From Candidatus Omnitrophota bacterium (GTDB lineage: Bacteria; Omnitrophota; Gorgyraeia; Gygaellales; Profunditerraquicolaceae): a stretch of DNA of 64,000 nucleotides. Below, in pieces: positions 1 through 9,023 of the stretch (the stretch's first letter is position 1; every line of letters begins with the position of its first letter). Below the pieces are notes generated by a model that was not told the DNA's origin, did no database searches, and saw only the letters and a list, made by a program, of their open reading frames with translations. Location of the stretch: the NCBI GenBank assembly GCA_041663665.1, contig JBAYMG010000002.1, positions 35,509 to 99,508 of the forward strand. The letters run 5' to 3'. Both the position numbers and the translations under genes were made by a program.

Positions 1-376
1 TGGCAAACTCCAGTGTCTCCTCGACAACCAAACTACCTATATTTGTCTTTCTGATTTTGGCATGGAGTTCTAAAAAACGGTAAACCGGAAGATCGGAAAG
101 AAAATTAGTATGCTGGGTAATTAACGCTACAGGATTTTCTGATGGCTCATTGCCAAATTCATCCGGCAGAGCGGAATCATTAATAAGCAGACGCCTTCTA
201 GAAGGAGTATTTACGTTGGCAAACAGTTCTATATCATGAACTAATGCCGTCTTGCCTGAACCTGTCGGGCCGACAATACTGACAACATCGCCCATTTTAA
301 AACTTACTTCACTTACCTGTTCCTGCTCCCCCGTTCTTCCATAACCGCCGATTATCGTTATTTTCTTAATTTCCAT
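1..376 (-). CDS. ABC-type ATPase, N-terminal fragment (5' end inside window; runs off left edge)
   Basis: Minus-strand ORF starts at ATG 376..374. Translation begins MEIKKITIIGGYGRTGEQEQVSEVSFKMGDVVSIVGPTGSGKTAL. Walker A is GPTGSGKT, preceded by the ABC-like 'VSFxxxxGxxxxIvGPtGSGK' pattern. Confidence 0.45.
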   Translation of the reverse strand, partial: MEIKKITIIGGYGRTGEQEQVSEVSFKMGDVVSIVGPTGSGKTALVHDIELFANVNTPSRRRLLINDSALPDEFGNEPSENPVALITQHTNFLSDLPVYRFLELHAKIRKTNIGSLVVEETLEFA

Positions 377-420
377 AGGTAATTTTTCCCACAGCTAACC
401 CTTTAAACGTAAGCCGCATA

Positions 421-822
421 CTAAACTAAATCCGCAAGTTTTAAATGTTCCAATTTATTTGATACATAATCTCTTATTTCCTTTAAAACCCGCGTAACCT
501 TTTCTTCTTTCTCAACCGGAGTATGTGAAAAAAAATACTTGCTTACTGATTCTGTGGGCGCCAGGGCTCCATCCATTAAACGTACAATCTGAGCTAGAGT
601 TATCTTACGAGCAGACAATGCCAATTTATACCCACCCTGCGACCCGGTTTTAGTTACCAGATAACGCTTTTGTTTCAAAAGCAGAAATAATTGCTCCAAA
701 TACTTTTTGGGAATATTATATTTAGAGCATATTCTACTTATTTTTATAAAGCCTTCTTTCTCGTAGCGGGCAATATAAATAAGCGCCAAAAGCGAATATT
801 CGCTCTTTGTAGTGAGCTTCAC
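421..822 (-). CDS. Rrf2-family (IscR/NsrR-like) transcriptional regulator
   Basis: 133 aa. N-terminal wHTH pattern MKLTTKSEYSLLALIYIA...GFIKISRICSKYNIPKKYLEQLFLLLKQKRYLVTKTGSQGGYKLA is typical of Rrf2. Confidence 0.8.
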   Translation of the reverse strand: MKLTTKSEYSLLALIYIARYEKEGFIKISRICSKYNIPKKYLEQLFLLLKQKRYLVTKTGSQGGYKLALSARKITLAQIVRLMDGALAPTESVSKYFFSHTPVEKEEKVTRVLKEIRDYVSNKLEHLKLADLV

Positions 823-954
823 GTTATATTCCTTTCATTTAATTGTCTATGTAAATTATAGACAATTAAATTTATTTTGCAAGGGAAAAATATCACTTAG
901 GTTTAAAAAACTTAGGGGATTTTAAAGAAACAAGTGCGGTTGGACTACGTAACG

Positions 955-2313
955 TTAATTAATGTTCCGGATAGAAATAATTCGTTTCAATAAGCTGTTT
1001 TTTTGCGAGCCCTTGCCTAAAGAAAGATCACTAACCACTACTCGATTAAGAGCCCGGACAATATCGCCTCGCCATACTTTTTCCCGATAGCCATGCGTCT
1101 CATGTATCACATAGGGCGAACCGGCATACATACCCAAATACAAAAGTATATGGCCTTTTAGCTGCAAAACAGTAACACCGCCGATAGCTTGTTTATGCAG
1201 AATACTTAGTTTCAACCCATTGCCTGATTTTTCCGTAAAAATACCTAAACGCTCTCCAACTTCACCCTGAGCCGAAGAATTTCTTGGCAAAATTATACCG
1301 GTTGTTGCAAAAATTGCCTGGAGAAAACTAGAGCAATCCAATTTACCATCCTTGCCTCCCCAACCATAAGGAGTATCGAGAAACTTAAAAGCCTGCTGAA
1401 TAATATGACGCGGCGTATACGGTAAATACCCCTCATTGACATCTTCCTTCTTCACATAAGCCGGCTGGTTGACAAATTTTCCTTCTTTCCCCTGAAAGGG
1501 AATAAAAATTTTGATTGCTTCAGAATTAATATTTCCGTTAAAAGAGAACCTTGACCCCATTCTCACATAATCAAAATGTTGCGTTAAGGCTGGATCTAAA
1601 AAAATTCCTGTTTTATCGCTAGTCACAACCACAAAAGGTTTTGCTCCCCCAAAACTCTTAAATTCATCAATACTACAAAAGGCAATTCTTTCTTTTTTCG
1701 TCCAGCCCGAACTTGCCGGTGTGTGAGCGTAAGCCCAAACGCCATCCCTGCTTTCATGTAAAATTGCTAAAGGTACACCGATGTCCAAAGAGCTATTCTG
1801 AAGCTGATCAAAAGCAATATCTGCGGGTTCTTGAGTCAAAATTTCTTCAGTTGGCAAAATCCGCTGGTCAGCATAATAACAGATAAACCCATACCGCACA
1901 TTAATTCGGTCGGGTATTGCCTCAAAATTCATCTGCTCTTTTATCCGCCGGTAAAACTTCTTACCTATTCTTTTTGCGTCTCGATTGTAAAGTTTTTGCT
2001 TTGATAGGCTGGTTATTTCTTCCGCTAAAGAAAGAGCTAGCTCTTTACCAGGATAACTGGGACCAATCCGGGTAATGTTCTCCGTGAGTTTGAGCTCATT
2101 TTCAATTTTTGAATTGAATAACGCAATACCTGCGGAATCCAGGATTATTCTATCCGCAAAAGGATGGCGTTTAATCCAAAACCCGGGACTTTGCATCCCT
2201 CTATGCGTATTAGGAATTACATCCGGAGGAGCGTAATACTGTTTTTCTCTAACACCGCATCCCAGCATCAACAGCAAACAAGAAATCAATATAAAACAGC
2301 ATGGTTTCTTCAT
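955..2313 (-). CDS. NlpC/P60 (C40) family lipoprotein peptidase
   Basis: Signal peptide with lipobox (LLMLGCG). C-terminal NlpC/P60 core: DTPYGWGGKDGKLDCSSF (catalytic Cys) and GHILLYLG (His). Confidence 0.7.
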   Translation of the reverse strand: MKKPCCFILISCLLLMLGCGVREKQYYAPPDVIPNTHRGMQSPGFWIKRHPFADRIILDSAGIALFNSKIENELKLTENITRIGPSYPGKELALSLAEEITSLSKQKLYNRDAKRIGKKFYRRIKEQMNFEAIPDRINVRYGFICYYADQRILPTEEILTQEPADIAFDQLQNSSLDIGVPLAILHESRDGVWAYAHTPASSGWTKKERIAFCSIDEFKSFGGAKPFVVVTSDKTGIFLDPALTQHFDYVRMGSRFSFNGNINSEAIKIFIPFQGKEGKFVNQPAYVKKEDVNEGYLPYTPRHIIQQAFKFLDTPYGWGGKDGKLDCSSFLQAIFATTGIILPRNSSAQGEVGERLGIFTEKSGNGLKLSILHKQAIGGVTVLQLKGHILLYLGMYAGSPYVIHETHGYREKVWRGDIVRALNRVVVSDLSLGKGSQKNSLLKRIISIRNIN

Positions 2314-2436
2314 CTTTTTATATTACCTCTATTCTAAAAATGAGAACAAGTTATATTTAAATTGCAAAAAGGCAGGAATTGATAATTGCGTGTGTTAGTA
2401 TAAGTAATAACTATACCTCTAGACACGCAGATAGGT

Positions 2437-2464
2437 ATTATATAATATTAGAGGCAGATATCAA
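2437..2464 (-). promoter_or_regulatory. sigma70-like promoter of the NlpC/P60 gene
   Basis: Minus strand reads TTGATA, 16-nt spacer, TATAAT, about 120 nt upstream of the ATG at 2313. A homologous copy lies at 5095..5122. Confidence 0.5.
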
Positions 2465-2503
2465 GAAATTCAGCTTATTAAAGATAGATTAGTGGAACCT
2501 TTG

Positions 2504-3421
2504 TTACATTTTAGATATTAACTCCCATATAAATAATGTTACGCACAATATAGAAAACAATAAGAAGGGTATTTTCTCAAAAATCCTTCCGGGGTCTTTT
2601 ACAATGGTATTCTCTTCGCAAGCCAAATAGAAAAACCAAACGGTCCAAATAATAACAAATGGTAACAAAATAACCGGATTAACATCATGTTGCGTATAGA
2701 AAATGCCCATTAAACAATAAGAGATACAGAGAGACGTTATCATGAAAAATAGTAATTTCTTCCTGCTATAATAACTCATACTCTTCCGAAAATTTCCTAG
2801 CTGCTCTTTGTCCTGGATCAAGCCGATCTCTCCAAATCTTTTGGAAGACATTAGAAAAATACCGAAAAACCACAAAGCGAATACGATAACTACAGGAAAC
2901 ATCTTGTGGATATCCACAGCGACAGCATACCACCCGATGAGAAACCGTATAGGGCTGTTTAGCGCCTCAGAAATAAAATCTAGAAATGGCCTATCTTTTA
3001 ACCTTAAAGGCTGTAAATTATAAAATAACGCATTCACAAAATACAAAATAAACAATAAGGTTATAAGCCATTTTTTAAGAAAGATGGCGATACCAAATCC
3101 CAACAAATAAATAAACACCGAAGACAAAAAAACACTTACGGGTTTTAACCTTCCGGAAGGCAGCATCCTATTCTTTTTTTGAGGGTGGTATTTATCGTGT
3201 TCCATGTCAGAAATTTCATTAATCCCGTAATTTCCCGAGGAAATTAAACAGCCGGCGACCATCGCAAGCAAAATAGTCCGCCAAGCGTTAAAATCTGGCA
3301 CACGAAGTAATATAACGGCGCTTATCCCTCCCAAAAGAATAAGCAGATTTTGATACCATCTAATTGGCTTGAAAACTGAAAGAAAATCTTTATTTATTGC
3401 CTTAAATATCATTTTTCTCAA
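2504..3421 (-). CDS. UbiA-family prenyltransferase (decaprenyl-phosphate phosphoribosyltransferase-like)
   Basis: 305 aa polytopic membrane protein. PIRWYQNLLIL N-terminal pattern and NxxxDxxxD motif (NEISDMEHD). Confidence 0.65.
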   Translation of the reverse strand: MRKMIFKAINKDFLSVFKPIRWYQNLLILLGGISAVILLRVPDFNAWRTILLAMVAGCLISSGNYGINEISDMEHDKYHPQKKNRMLPSGRLKPVSVFLSSVFIYLLGFGIAIFLKKWLITLLFILYFVNALFYNLQPLRLKDRPFLDFISEALNSPIRFLIGWYAVAVDIHKMFPVVIVFALWFFGIFLMSSKRFGEIGLIQDKEQLGNFRKSMSYYSRKKLLFFMITSLCISYCLMGIFYTQHDVNPVILLPFVIIWTVWFFYLACEENTIVKDPGRIFEKIPFLLFSILCVTLFIWELISKM

Positions 3422-3502
3422 TATTTATTTGGAAGTGTGTAATTATAACTATGCTATAATGTATGAATTCCGGTTTTAAAATATCTTAAGTGCTAAACGC
3501 CC

Positions 3503-4954
3503 ATGGATCGAAAGATAAAAATAGGACTTTTAATATTTGCTCTGTTTAGCCTGGTTTATTTCCTTTCCGTAAGAGGCAACATAGAAATAAGCGATACCGG
3601 CTTTTCCGTACAAACAGCCAAATCAATTGTTACAAAGCATTCTTTATCAATCCAGGAATGCCGTGGAGGCTATTCCTATAAATCAGAAAAAGATGCCAAA
3701 TGTTATTCTAAATTCGGGTTAGGTTTAGCCTTAATATTTACCCCTTATGTACTCTTAGGAAAAATAGTAGCCACCTTAAGTAGCCTACCAGAGGCCCAAA
3801 CCATTAATTTTCTTATATCTTTTTATAATATATTTTTCGGAGCAGGAGCTTGCGTCGTAATGTTCTATATTATCAAATTTTTCGGAGGCTCCGATAGAAT
3901 TTCATTAAATATGGCCTTATTGTTAGGACTTGGAACTTTCTGCTGGCGTTACAGCATCTGGGACTTTTCTGAAGCAGCACAAATGTTTTTTCTCGCACTT
4001 TCTATTTACTGCGTCCTAAGGAATAGCATCAAAAGCCTCTCTTGGGGTGCGTTTTCTTTATGCTGCTTGCTCTTGCTAAAAGCTATCTATATTATTTATA
4101 TTCCTATTTTTATTATCTATATTTTAACAAAAAACAGGCAGGATGCAAAAGATACTTTAACGCGGGCAGGCATGTTTCTTTTAATCATTCTGGCGGGTTT
4201 CAGTCTTATTCTTTTATTAAACTATATTCGATTTGGAGAATTTTTTGAATTCGGCTATGGGTTGGAAGCAAGGGAGTTTTATTTTCTGGGAATCCAAGAA
4301 CATGTAAAAAAATTATTGTACTGGCTTGATAAGGGAGTATTTATTTATAACCCCTTATTTATTCTTGGCATACTGGGATATTGTAAACTATTTAAATTAT
4401 TCCAGAAAGAAGCGATTTTTTTCCTCTCCATTATTACCTTTCATCTCCTTCTTACCTCCATGTGGTATAGTTGGCATGGAGACTGGTCCTGGGGGCCAAG
4501 ATATCTAGTACCAACGGCTCCGCTCTGGCTAGTACCCTGCTTTCTTTTCTTCAACAAAAAGGGTATAGTTAAAATCGTATTAATTTTGTTTATTTTTGTA
4601 TCTTTATCAATACAGATTGTTAGTATTCTCCAAGGCAATCTTGAATACCTTACGATATGCAATACTCACAACCAAGAAGGATTTAAAAAAGGGATGCCGG
4701 CTCAAATTATCGGAGCAGCAATAACTTTAAAACATAAACTTATTAAAAATGATAACGTATACAGCCTCTCGGAGTTTGGAGTAAATTCCAATACGCAGAT
4801 AGATGTTTCTCAGGCTGGTTATAGGGGATTTGATTTTTGGTATCTGCACTTAGCAAGACACTTTAATAAACCTTGGTTAAAATATCTGCCGTTATTATTT
4901 TTGCCTTTTATAGCTATCCTTTTTATCCGCCTTTTTAAAATAACCGCAATATAG
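3503..4954 (+). CDS. GT-C fold integral-membrane glycosyltransferase-like protein (ArnT/PMT-like)
   Basis: 483 aa with more than 10 predicted TM helices. Acidic first periplasmic loop (EISDTGF). Sits next to a UbiA/DPPRT-like gene, as lipid-linked sugar transferases do. Confidence 0.45.
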   Translation: MDRKIKIGLLIFALFSLVYFLSVRGNIEISDTGFSVQTAKSIVTKHSLSIQECRGGYSYKSEKDAKCYSKFGLGLALIFTPYVLLGKIVATLSSLPEAQTINFLISFYNIFFGAGACVVMFYIIKFFGGSDRISLNMALLLGLGTFCWRYSIWDFSEAAQMFFLALSIYCVLRNSIKSLSWGAFSLCCLLLLKAIYIIYIPIFIIYILTKNRQDAKDTLTRAGMFLLIILAGFSLILLLNYIRFGEFFEFGYGLEAREFYFLGIQEHVKKLLYWLDKGVFIYNPLFILGILGYCKLFKLFQKEAIFFLSIITFHLLLTSMWYSWHGDWSWGPRYLVPTAPLWLVPCFLFFNKKGIVKIVLILFIFVSLSIQIVSILQGNLEYLTICNTHNQEGFKKGMPAQIIGAAITLKHKLIKNDNVYSLSEFGVNSNTQIDVSQAGYRGFDFWYLHLARHFNKPWLKYLPLLFLPFIAILFIRLFKITAI

Positions 4955-4985
4955 CTACCCGTGAAAAGGATAGAATTTGCCCCCT

Positions 4986-5022
4986 CTTCTCTAAATAAAA
5001 CCCTCTGTAAGTAAAGTACCTG
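4986..5022 (-). terminator. rho-independent terminator (minus strand)
   Basis: Minus strand: CCCTCTG, 15-nt loop, CAGAGGG, then TTTTATTT. About 70 nt downstream of the promoter-like element at 5095..5122. Confidence 0.5.
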
Positions 5023-5094
5023 CAGAGGGTTAAAAAACATTGGTTGCGCGCATTGGTATAGGTAATAACTGTATCTATCAATACACACAAGCTA

Positions 5095-5122
5095 ATTATA
5101 TAGGAAATTGGGCAGATATCAA
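5095..5122 (-). promoter_or_regulatory. orphan sigma70-like promoter (paralog of the NlpC/P60 promoter)
   Basis: Minus strand TTGATA-16 nt-TATAAT. About 100 bp including downstream leader is roughly two-thirds identical by eye to 2400..2500. No ORF follows; the terminator at 4986..5022 does. Confidence 0.45.
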
Positions 5123-5288
5123 GGAATTGTAGGCTATAAGAGATAGATTTTGTGTCACTTTTGTCACCTTTTTAAAGAACTATATCTCTCTAACTTATTC
5201 GTAAACAGAGAGTTAACGCATGTCACCTCTTTCAGGGGTGACATGCGCCAAAAAAACTACTATTTTTTCACAAAAAGAACAAACATTA

Positions 5289-6326
5289 TTAAACAAGTGG
5301 TTTTAACAATTTCTTTAATACACCTACGTTCTTTAACACAGCTGTGTCTTGAGGATTGACAAAAACAATAAAATTCGCAATGCCTAATAAGTGTTTTAGA
5401 TAATTAGCACGTGTATTTCTTATCCTCTGGAGATGAGAATCTAACCCGAATTTCTGTATATAATACATTTCTTGCCTAAATTTTTTCCGAAGCATCTTAG
5501 AAACCTGCAAATTTTTATTTGTTACTATCCCCGTAACTTCTTGCCTTTGATGAACATGCATTAGACGAGTTTTAGTTTCATTAATAGATAATTTCTCAGA
5601 TGCTAAAACGCTTTTAACAAAATTTATCATTGATCCAGACTTAATAGCACCAGAAAAAGTCAAGTCATCAGAATACCTTGTAAATCGAAAACCATATTTC
5701 TTAGAAAATCCGGCTATTCTTTTATCGATATTCATAGCAATTAAATTGGACAACGCAGGACTAGTAGGAGCTCCTTGAGGTAAACTACCATCTAAACAGC
5801 ACAAATTCGCAAACATTGTTGCAACAGGCTTGCTATACCCGAATTTCCTAAAGAGACTAAAAACTTTCCGGAATTTAATCGAACCGAAAAAGTCTTTTAT
5901 ATCAATCGTGAGCACTTTTTCTTGTCTAAGATGAAATCTGGCATTTTCCTTTATCGATACTCCCGAGACATAGGCTTTTGCATATTTACTACATTCACAT
6001 TTTTCCAAAATTTCCTTTAAAATCCATCTTTGGATTTCCTTTAGGGAAGGTAGCGGTTCCGCAATCTCACGAGAACCACCAGATTTTTTTTTAATAGTAA
6101 AAGTCCTATAAAACCAGTGGGGAGAATTAGACGCCTTTATCAAATATGACAATTTATACCCTACCAATAAAGCCAAATGTTGCTGATTATAAATTATTGG
6201 AAGATTTTGTTTAAAAAGGTAAGCTGCATAATTTAAACATTTATTTATCTGGTCTGTATCAAAACCATTGCGTTCAGCCCCTGCTGTAAACTCTTTCTGA
6301 TATTTTTCCCAAAGAATATTATCCAC
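5289..6326 (-). CDS. Retron-type reverse transcriptase
   Basis: 345 aa. RT motifs LPQGAPTSPALSNL (QGxxxSP), RYSDDLTFSG (YxDD), and the retron-specific VTG motif (RQEVTGIVTN). Lies directly downstream of a structured ncRNA bounded by inverted repeats. Confidence 0.85.
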   Translation of the reverse strand: MDNILWEKYQKEFTAGAERNGFDTDQINKCLNYAAYLFKQNLPIIYNQQHLALLVGYKLSYLIKASNSPHWFYRTFTIKKKSGGSREIAEPLPSLKEIQRWILKEILEKCECSKYAKAYVSGVSIKENARFHLRQEKVLTIDIKDFFGSIKFRKVFSLFRKFGYSKPVATMFANLCCLDGSLPQGAPTSPALSNLIAMNIDKRIAGFSKKYGFRFTRYSDDLTFSGAIKSGSMINFVKSVLASEKLSINETKTRLMHVHQRQEVTGIVTNKNLQVSKMLRKKFRQEMYYIQKFGLDSHLQRIRNTRANYLKHLLGIANFIVFVNPQDTAVLKNVGVLKKLLKPLV

Positions 6327-6338
6327 AACATCTCCATA

Positions 6339-6580
6339 CTAATGAATCTCGATAACCCCATTACCAATCAGTTTCTTCATCTTACACTAGAACAAATCAA
6401 AATTTGTTCTAGTGTCGTGCCGGCTTTAGCTGGCACGGAATGAAGATTGTGAGCGCAACTCCAGTTGCGCGAAACAGTCTTCATTCCAAGGCTTGAAAGC
6501 AAGTTCCTCTCAGGTTGACGACTCGCCAACCCTTGTGACCATAGCCACAATGAGCTAATGGGGTTATCGAGATTCATTAG
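6339..6580 (-). ncRNA. Retron msr-msd non-coding RNA
   Basis: A perfect 25-bp inverted repeat (6339..6363 vs 6556..6580; a1/a2) brackets about 190 nt. The interior holds nested hairpins: ggaatgaagattgt...acagtcttcattcc enclosing gcgcaact/agttgcgc, plus gtgccggc/gctggcac and cactagaacaaat/atttgttctagtg. Sits immediately 5' of the RT gene. Confidence 0.7.
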
Positions 6581-6887
6581 GCATCTTTCTTTTATCAGGT
6601 ATATATATTTCGTCTTTACTTAATTTTCTAACCCTATATTCTTCTTGGAGGCTAATCCATCCTTCTGTGTTTTTCCTACCAAATTTTTTATTTAATGCTG
6701 CTAACTTTTCTAAACCGCTTCCTGTTAAAACTAATTGGTCTCCCTTATTTTCAGCATAACCTTCTTTTTCAATAGAATGAATCAAGCTAGCGATTTGAGA
6801 ATATTCGAGTCCGGCTTTCCTCAAGCTATAAACTCCTCCATTATTCTTAAGGATCTGTAATAATAAAATAAGGTATTGTTCTTGCAT
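6564..6887 (-). CDS. Small winged-helix DNA-binding protein (retron accessory)
   Basis: 107 aa. Its stop codon lies inside retron repeat a1. In an operon between the PRTase-like gene and the ncRNA. Confidence 0.5.
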   Translation of the reverse strand: MQEQYLILLLQILKNNGGVYSLRKAGLEYSQIASLIHSIEKEGYAENKGDQLVLTGSGLEKLAALNKKFGRKNTEGWISLQEEYRVRKLSKDEIYIPDKRKMPNESR

Positions 6888-6892
6888 ACAAG

Positions 6893-7756
6893 TTAACCTG
6901 CTGAAAAAGGTGCAATAAATTTTTTCCCATTCTCCATGGAATTCTCACACCAATATACAGGGAAAGTATTATTGGGCGTTCTTGACATCATAGCCACAAG
7001 CGCTTCCGTCCTATTGTAACCAAAATTATATTTTTTCTTCACTTTTATTAAACTTTCAATAGATTCCATAATCCTTGATTTTGTTTCTCGTTCTGGATTT
7101 AAATAACTATCACTTATTCCTCTTTTTCTTATTATGCGTGAAAAAACTCTGATTCCAAGCCTGCTTAATCGTTGCACCCCCATTTCTTGTGCTACAAGAG
7201 AAACAACGAGAATCTTATTGTAATCTGTAATCCCAGCAAGACGACACATATCCTTCACTGCGGTTTCTCCAGTCTCTCCCGATCCAATAAAATCATCAAC
7301 TAAAATTAACATTGCCGGGATAAAATTTATGTCCTTGGGGATTGCCAAAGGACTGTCTATAAGACATATTTTCTTACCGCGAAATAAATCGTTGTTCGAA
7401 AGGTGTGATATTTTAATAAGATACCTAGTAAAAATGGCGCTTTCATTTCTAGTCTCATTTTCTCTTTTCTCCGGATAAGACTGTAATGGCAAAATATAGA
7501 TTTTATTACAATCCACCAATAATTTTTTTTCAATCATAAATAAAGAAGCATACAAATAAGATTCATATTTATTAAGCGTAACCCACAGAAATTCTCTAGT
7601 TAATTCAAAAATTAAACCTTGCTGTTCTGGGCTAAAGTGTTCTAACGCCTGGCAAAAACGATCATATTCTTCCCTATGATCTTCAATAGACCATCCGTTT
7701 TTATTAAATATTTCTGTGAGCTTTTCTAGGGCAACTAGACTGATATTCGTTTTCAT
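6893..7756 (-). CDS. Phosphoribosyltransferase (PRTase)-like retron effector
   Basis: 287 aa. Type I PRTase PRPP-binding motif ILVDDFIGSGETGETAV. 5-bp gap to the wHTH gene. Confidence 0.7.
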   Translation of the reverse strand: MKTNISLVALEKLTEIFNKNGWSIEDHREEYDRFCQALEHFSPEQQGLIFELTREFLWVTLNKYESYLYASLFMIEKKLLVDCNKIYILPLQSYPEKRENETRNESAIFTRYLIKISHLSNNDLFRGKKICLIDSPLAIPKDINFIPAMLILVDDFIGSGETGETAVKDMCRLAGITDYNKILVVSLVAQEMGVQRLSRLGIRVFSRIIRKRGISDSYLNPERETKSRIMESIESLIKVKKKYNFGYNRTEALVAMMSRTPNNTFPVYWCENSMENGKKFIAPFSAG

Positions 7757-7833
7757 TATTAAAGATCCACGTTCAATGTAAAAAAATTATTTGCCACTAC
7801 ATACGCATACCAAATATAATTATACCTCAGAAA

Positions 7834-8499
7834 TTAATGATAACAAGCGCACAAAAACTGCATAAGTACTGACATTTCAAATAAAACTCCATCAAATCCC
7901 TTATCTTTCTTTAAGTACTTATTATACGCCTCTTCCCCAGATACTAAATGGTATTTCTTCTTCTTAGAATCCCATTCAAACTTGATCCTTGTCTTATCTG
8001 GGGCTCTTGTGGACAGGGTTGAGAATGTCTTTTTTAAGCTCCTTGCAAGTTCTTCTTCATTCCAACCGTGTTTCTTACAATTCTTAAGAAGATATTTTTC
8101 ACGAAGCTCTCTAATGTAATCTGTCATCATTTCATCTTCCGTAACTGGCTTATAGGAAGAAGGTAATAAATCATCTATGGTTTTCTTATCATAAACAAAC
8201 CTCTGATACTCTGTTATCTTATTCTCAGAAATCCAGTTATCTATGCTTCTCTTATGAAAGACTACTTTGCTCCTAGGTAGCTTAGAAAATGGCATTTTTT
8301 GGCCATTTACCCAGGTTTTTATGGTGCTAAGAGGCACACGCAGGTAATCCGCCACTTCTTCTTCATTAAACACCTGTCGGCTTGTTTTCTTGATTAGGGA
8401 GGCTTCCTGGAGGGATCTTTGATCTAAAAACTCACCACAATGCTTGCATTTAATGGCTTCTTCCTGGATTTCTTCTGCGCAGAAAGGGCATCTCTTCAT
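7834..8499 (-). CDS. Zn-ribbon plus excisionase-type HTH protein (hypothetical)
   Basis: 221 aa. N-terminal CPFC...CKHCG zinc ribbon. HTH pattern VADYLRVPLSTIKTWVNG. 4-bp overlap with the upstream P-loop gene. Confidence 0.45.
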   Translation of the reverse strand: MKRCPFCAEEIQEEAIKCKHCGEFLDQRSLQEASLIKKTSRQVFNEEEVADYLRVPLSTIKTWVNGQKMPFSKLPRSKVVFHKRSIDNWISENKITEYQRFVYDKKTIDDLLPSSYKPVTEDEMMTDYIRELREKYLLKNCKKHGWNEEELARSLKKTFSTLSTRAPDKTRIKFEWDSKKKKYHLVSGEEAYNKYLKKDKGFDGVLFEMSVLMQFLCACYH

Positions 8500-9014
8500 C
8501 TTCCAAACAGAATATTGGTTCGCTGTTGAATTATTCTTGCATTGAAATAGGTAAAGTTTCTTGCATTAAGCGAAAAAGGCTCTATGTTTAGGTCTAGCCT
8601 ATTTTGCATGTCTCTGGGGATAACTCCATTATTATTCCTTCCTGGGTTGATAACAAATGAGCGTATCTCAAAACCACCTATCCTCCGCAAAAGACTGAAT
8701 ATTTGTTCAATTCTTATACGCTTCTTAGAATCAGTAGGTTGAATAGCCATTACTACACCCAGGGCATGTCTATCTTCAAGCACTGCTCTTAAAAATCTCC
8801 ACAACTGACTAATCGTAGCCTTGGGGTTTTCTTGGAAAGAATCTGGAATAACATATAATCTACGCAGCGGATTAACCGTTAGATTTTCCATTATATACAC
8901 GCGTAAGTCTCTAAAAAAATTACCTGTTCTTTTTCCACCACAACCCGTAAGACTTCGTATAATTGCGCTTTTACCAGACTTGCTATACCCAATAATTGCA
9001 ATAAATTTTTTCAT
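8496..9014 (-). CDS. Small P-loop NTPase (hypothetical)
   Basis: 172 aa. Walker A IAIIGYSKSGKSAI. Translationally coupled to 7834..8499. Confidence 0.5.
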   Translation of the reverse strand: MKKFIAIIGYSKSGKSAIIRSLTGCGGKRTGNFFRDLRVYIMENLTVNPLRRLYVIPDSFQENPKATISQLWRFLRAVLEDRHALGVVMAIQPTDSKKRIRIEQIFSLLRRIGGFEIRSFVINPGRNNNGVIPRDMQNRLDLNIEPFSLNARNFTYFNARIIQQRTNILFGR

Positions 9015-9023
9015 TATTAACTC

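Noticed and set aside
2808-4662. Short ORFs (60-110 aa) antisense to or nested within larger genes (e.g. 2808..3023, 4042..4248, 4441..4662, 12404..13085, 15424..15843, 17460..18037, 25051..25350)
   Set aside because: All lie inside longer, motif-supported genes on the opposite strand or in another frame. Their composition is typical of shadow ORFs.
5042-5057. Possible attR direct repeat (tggttgcgcgcattgg) resembling the 3' end of tRNA-Gln (tggttgccccgcatgg)
   Set aside because: Only the terminal 7 nt match exactly and an indel is needed. Too weak to call an att site without a comparative empty site. Serine recombinases use very short cores in any case.
4819-5088. 89-aa minus-strand ORF starting at the predicted TSS of the orphan promoter
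   Set aside because: It runs through an intrinsic terminator hairpin and overlaps the 3' end of the GT-C gene on the opposite strand. Low-complexity, Cys/Tyr-odd composition. Most likely non-coding.
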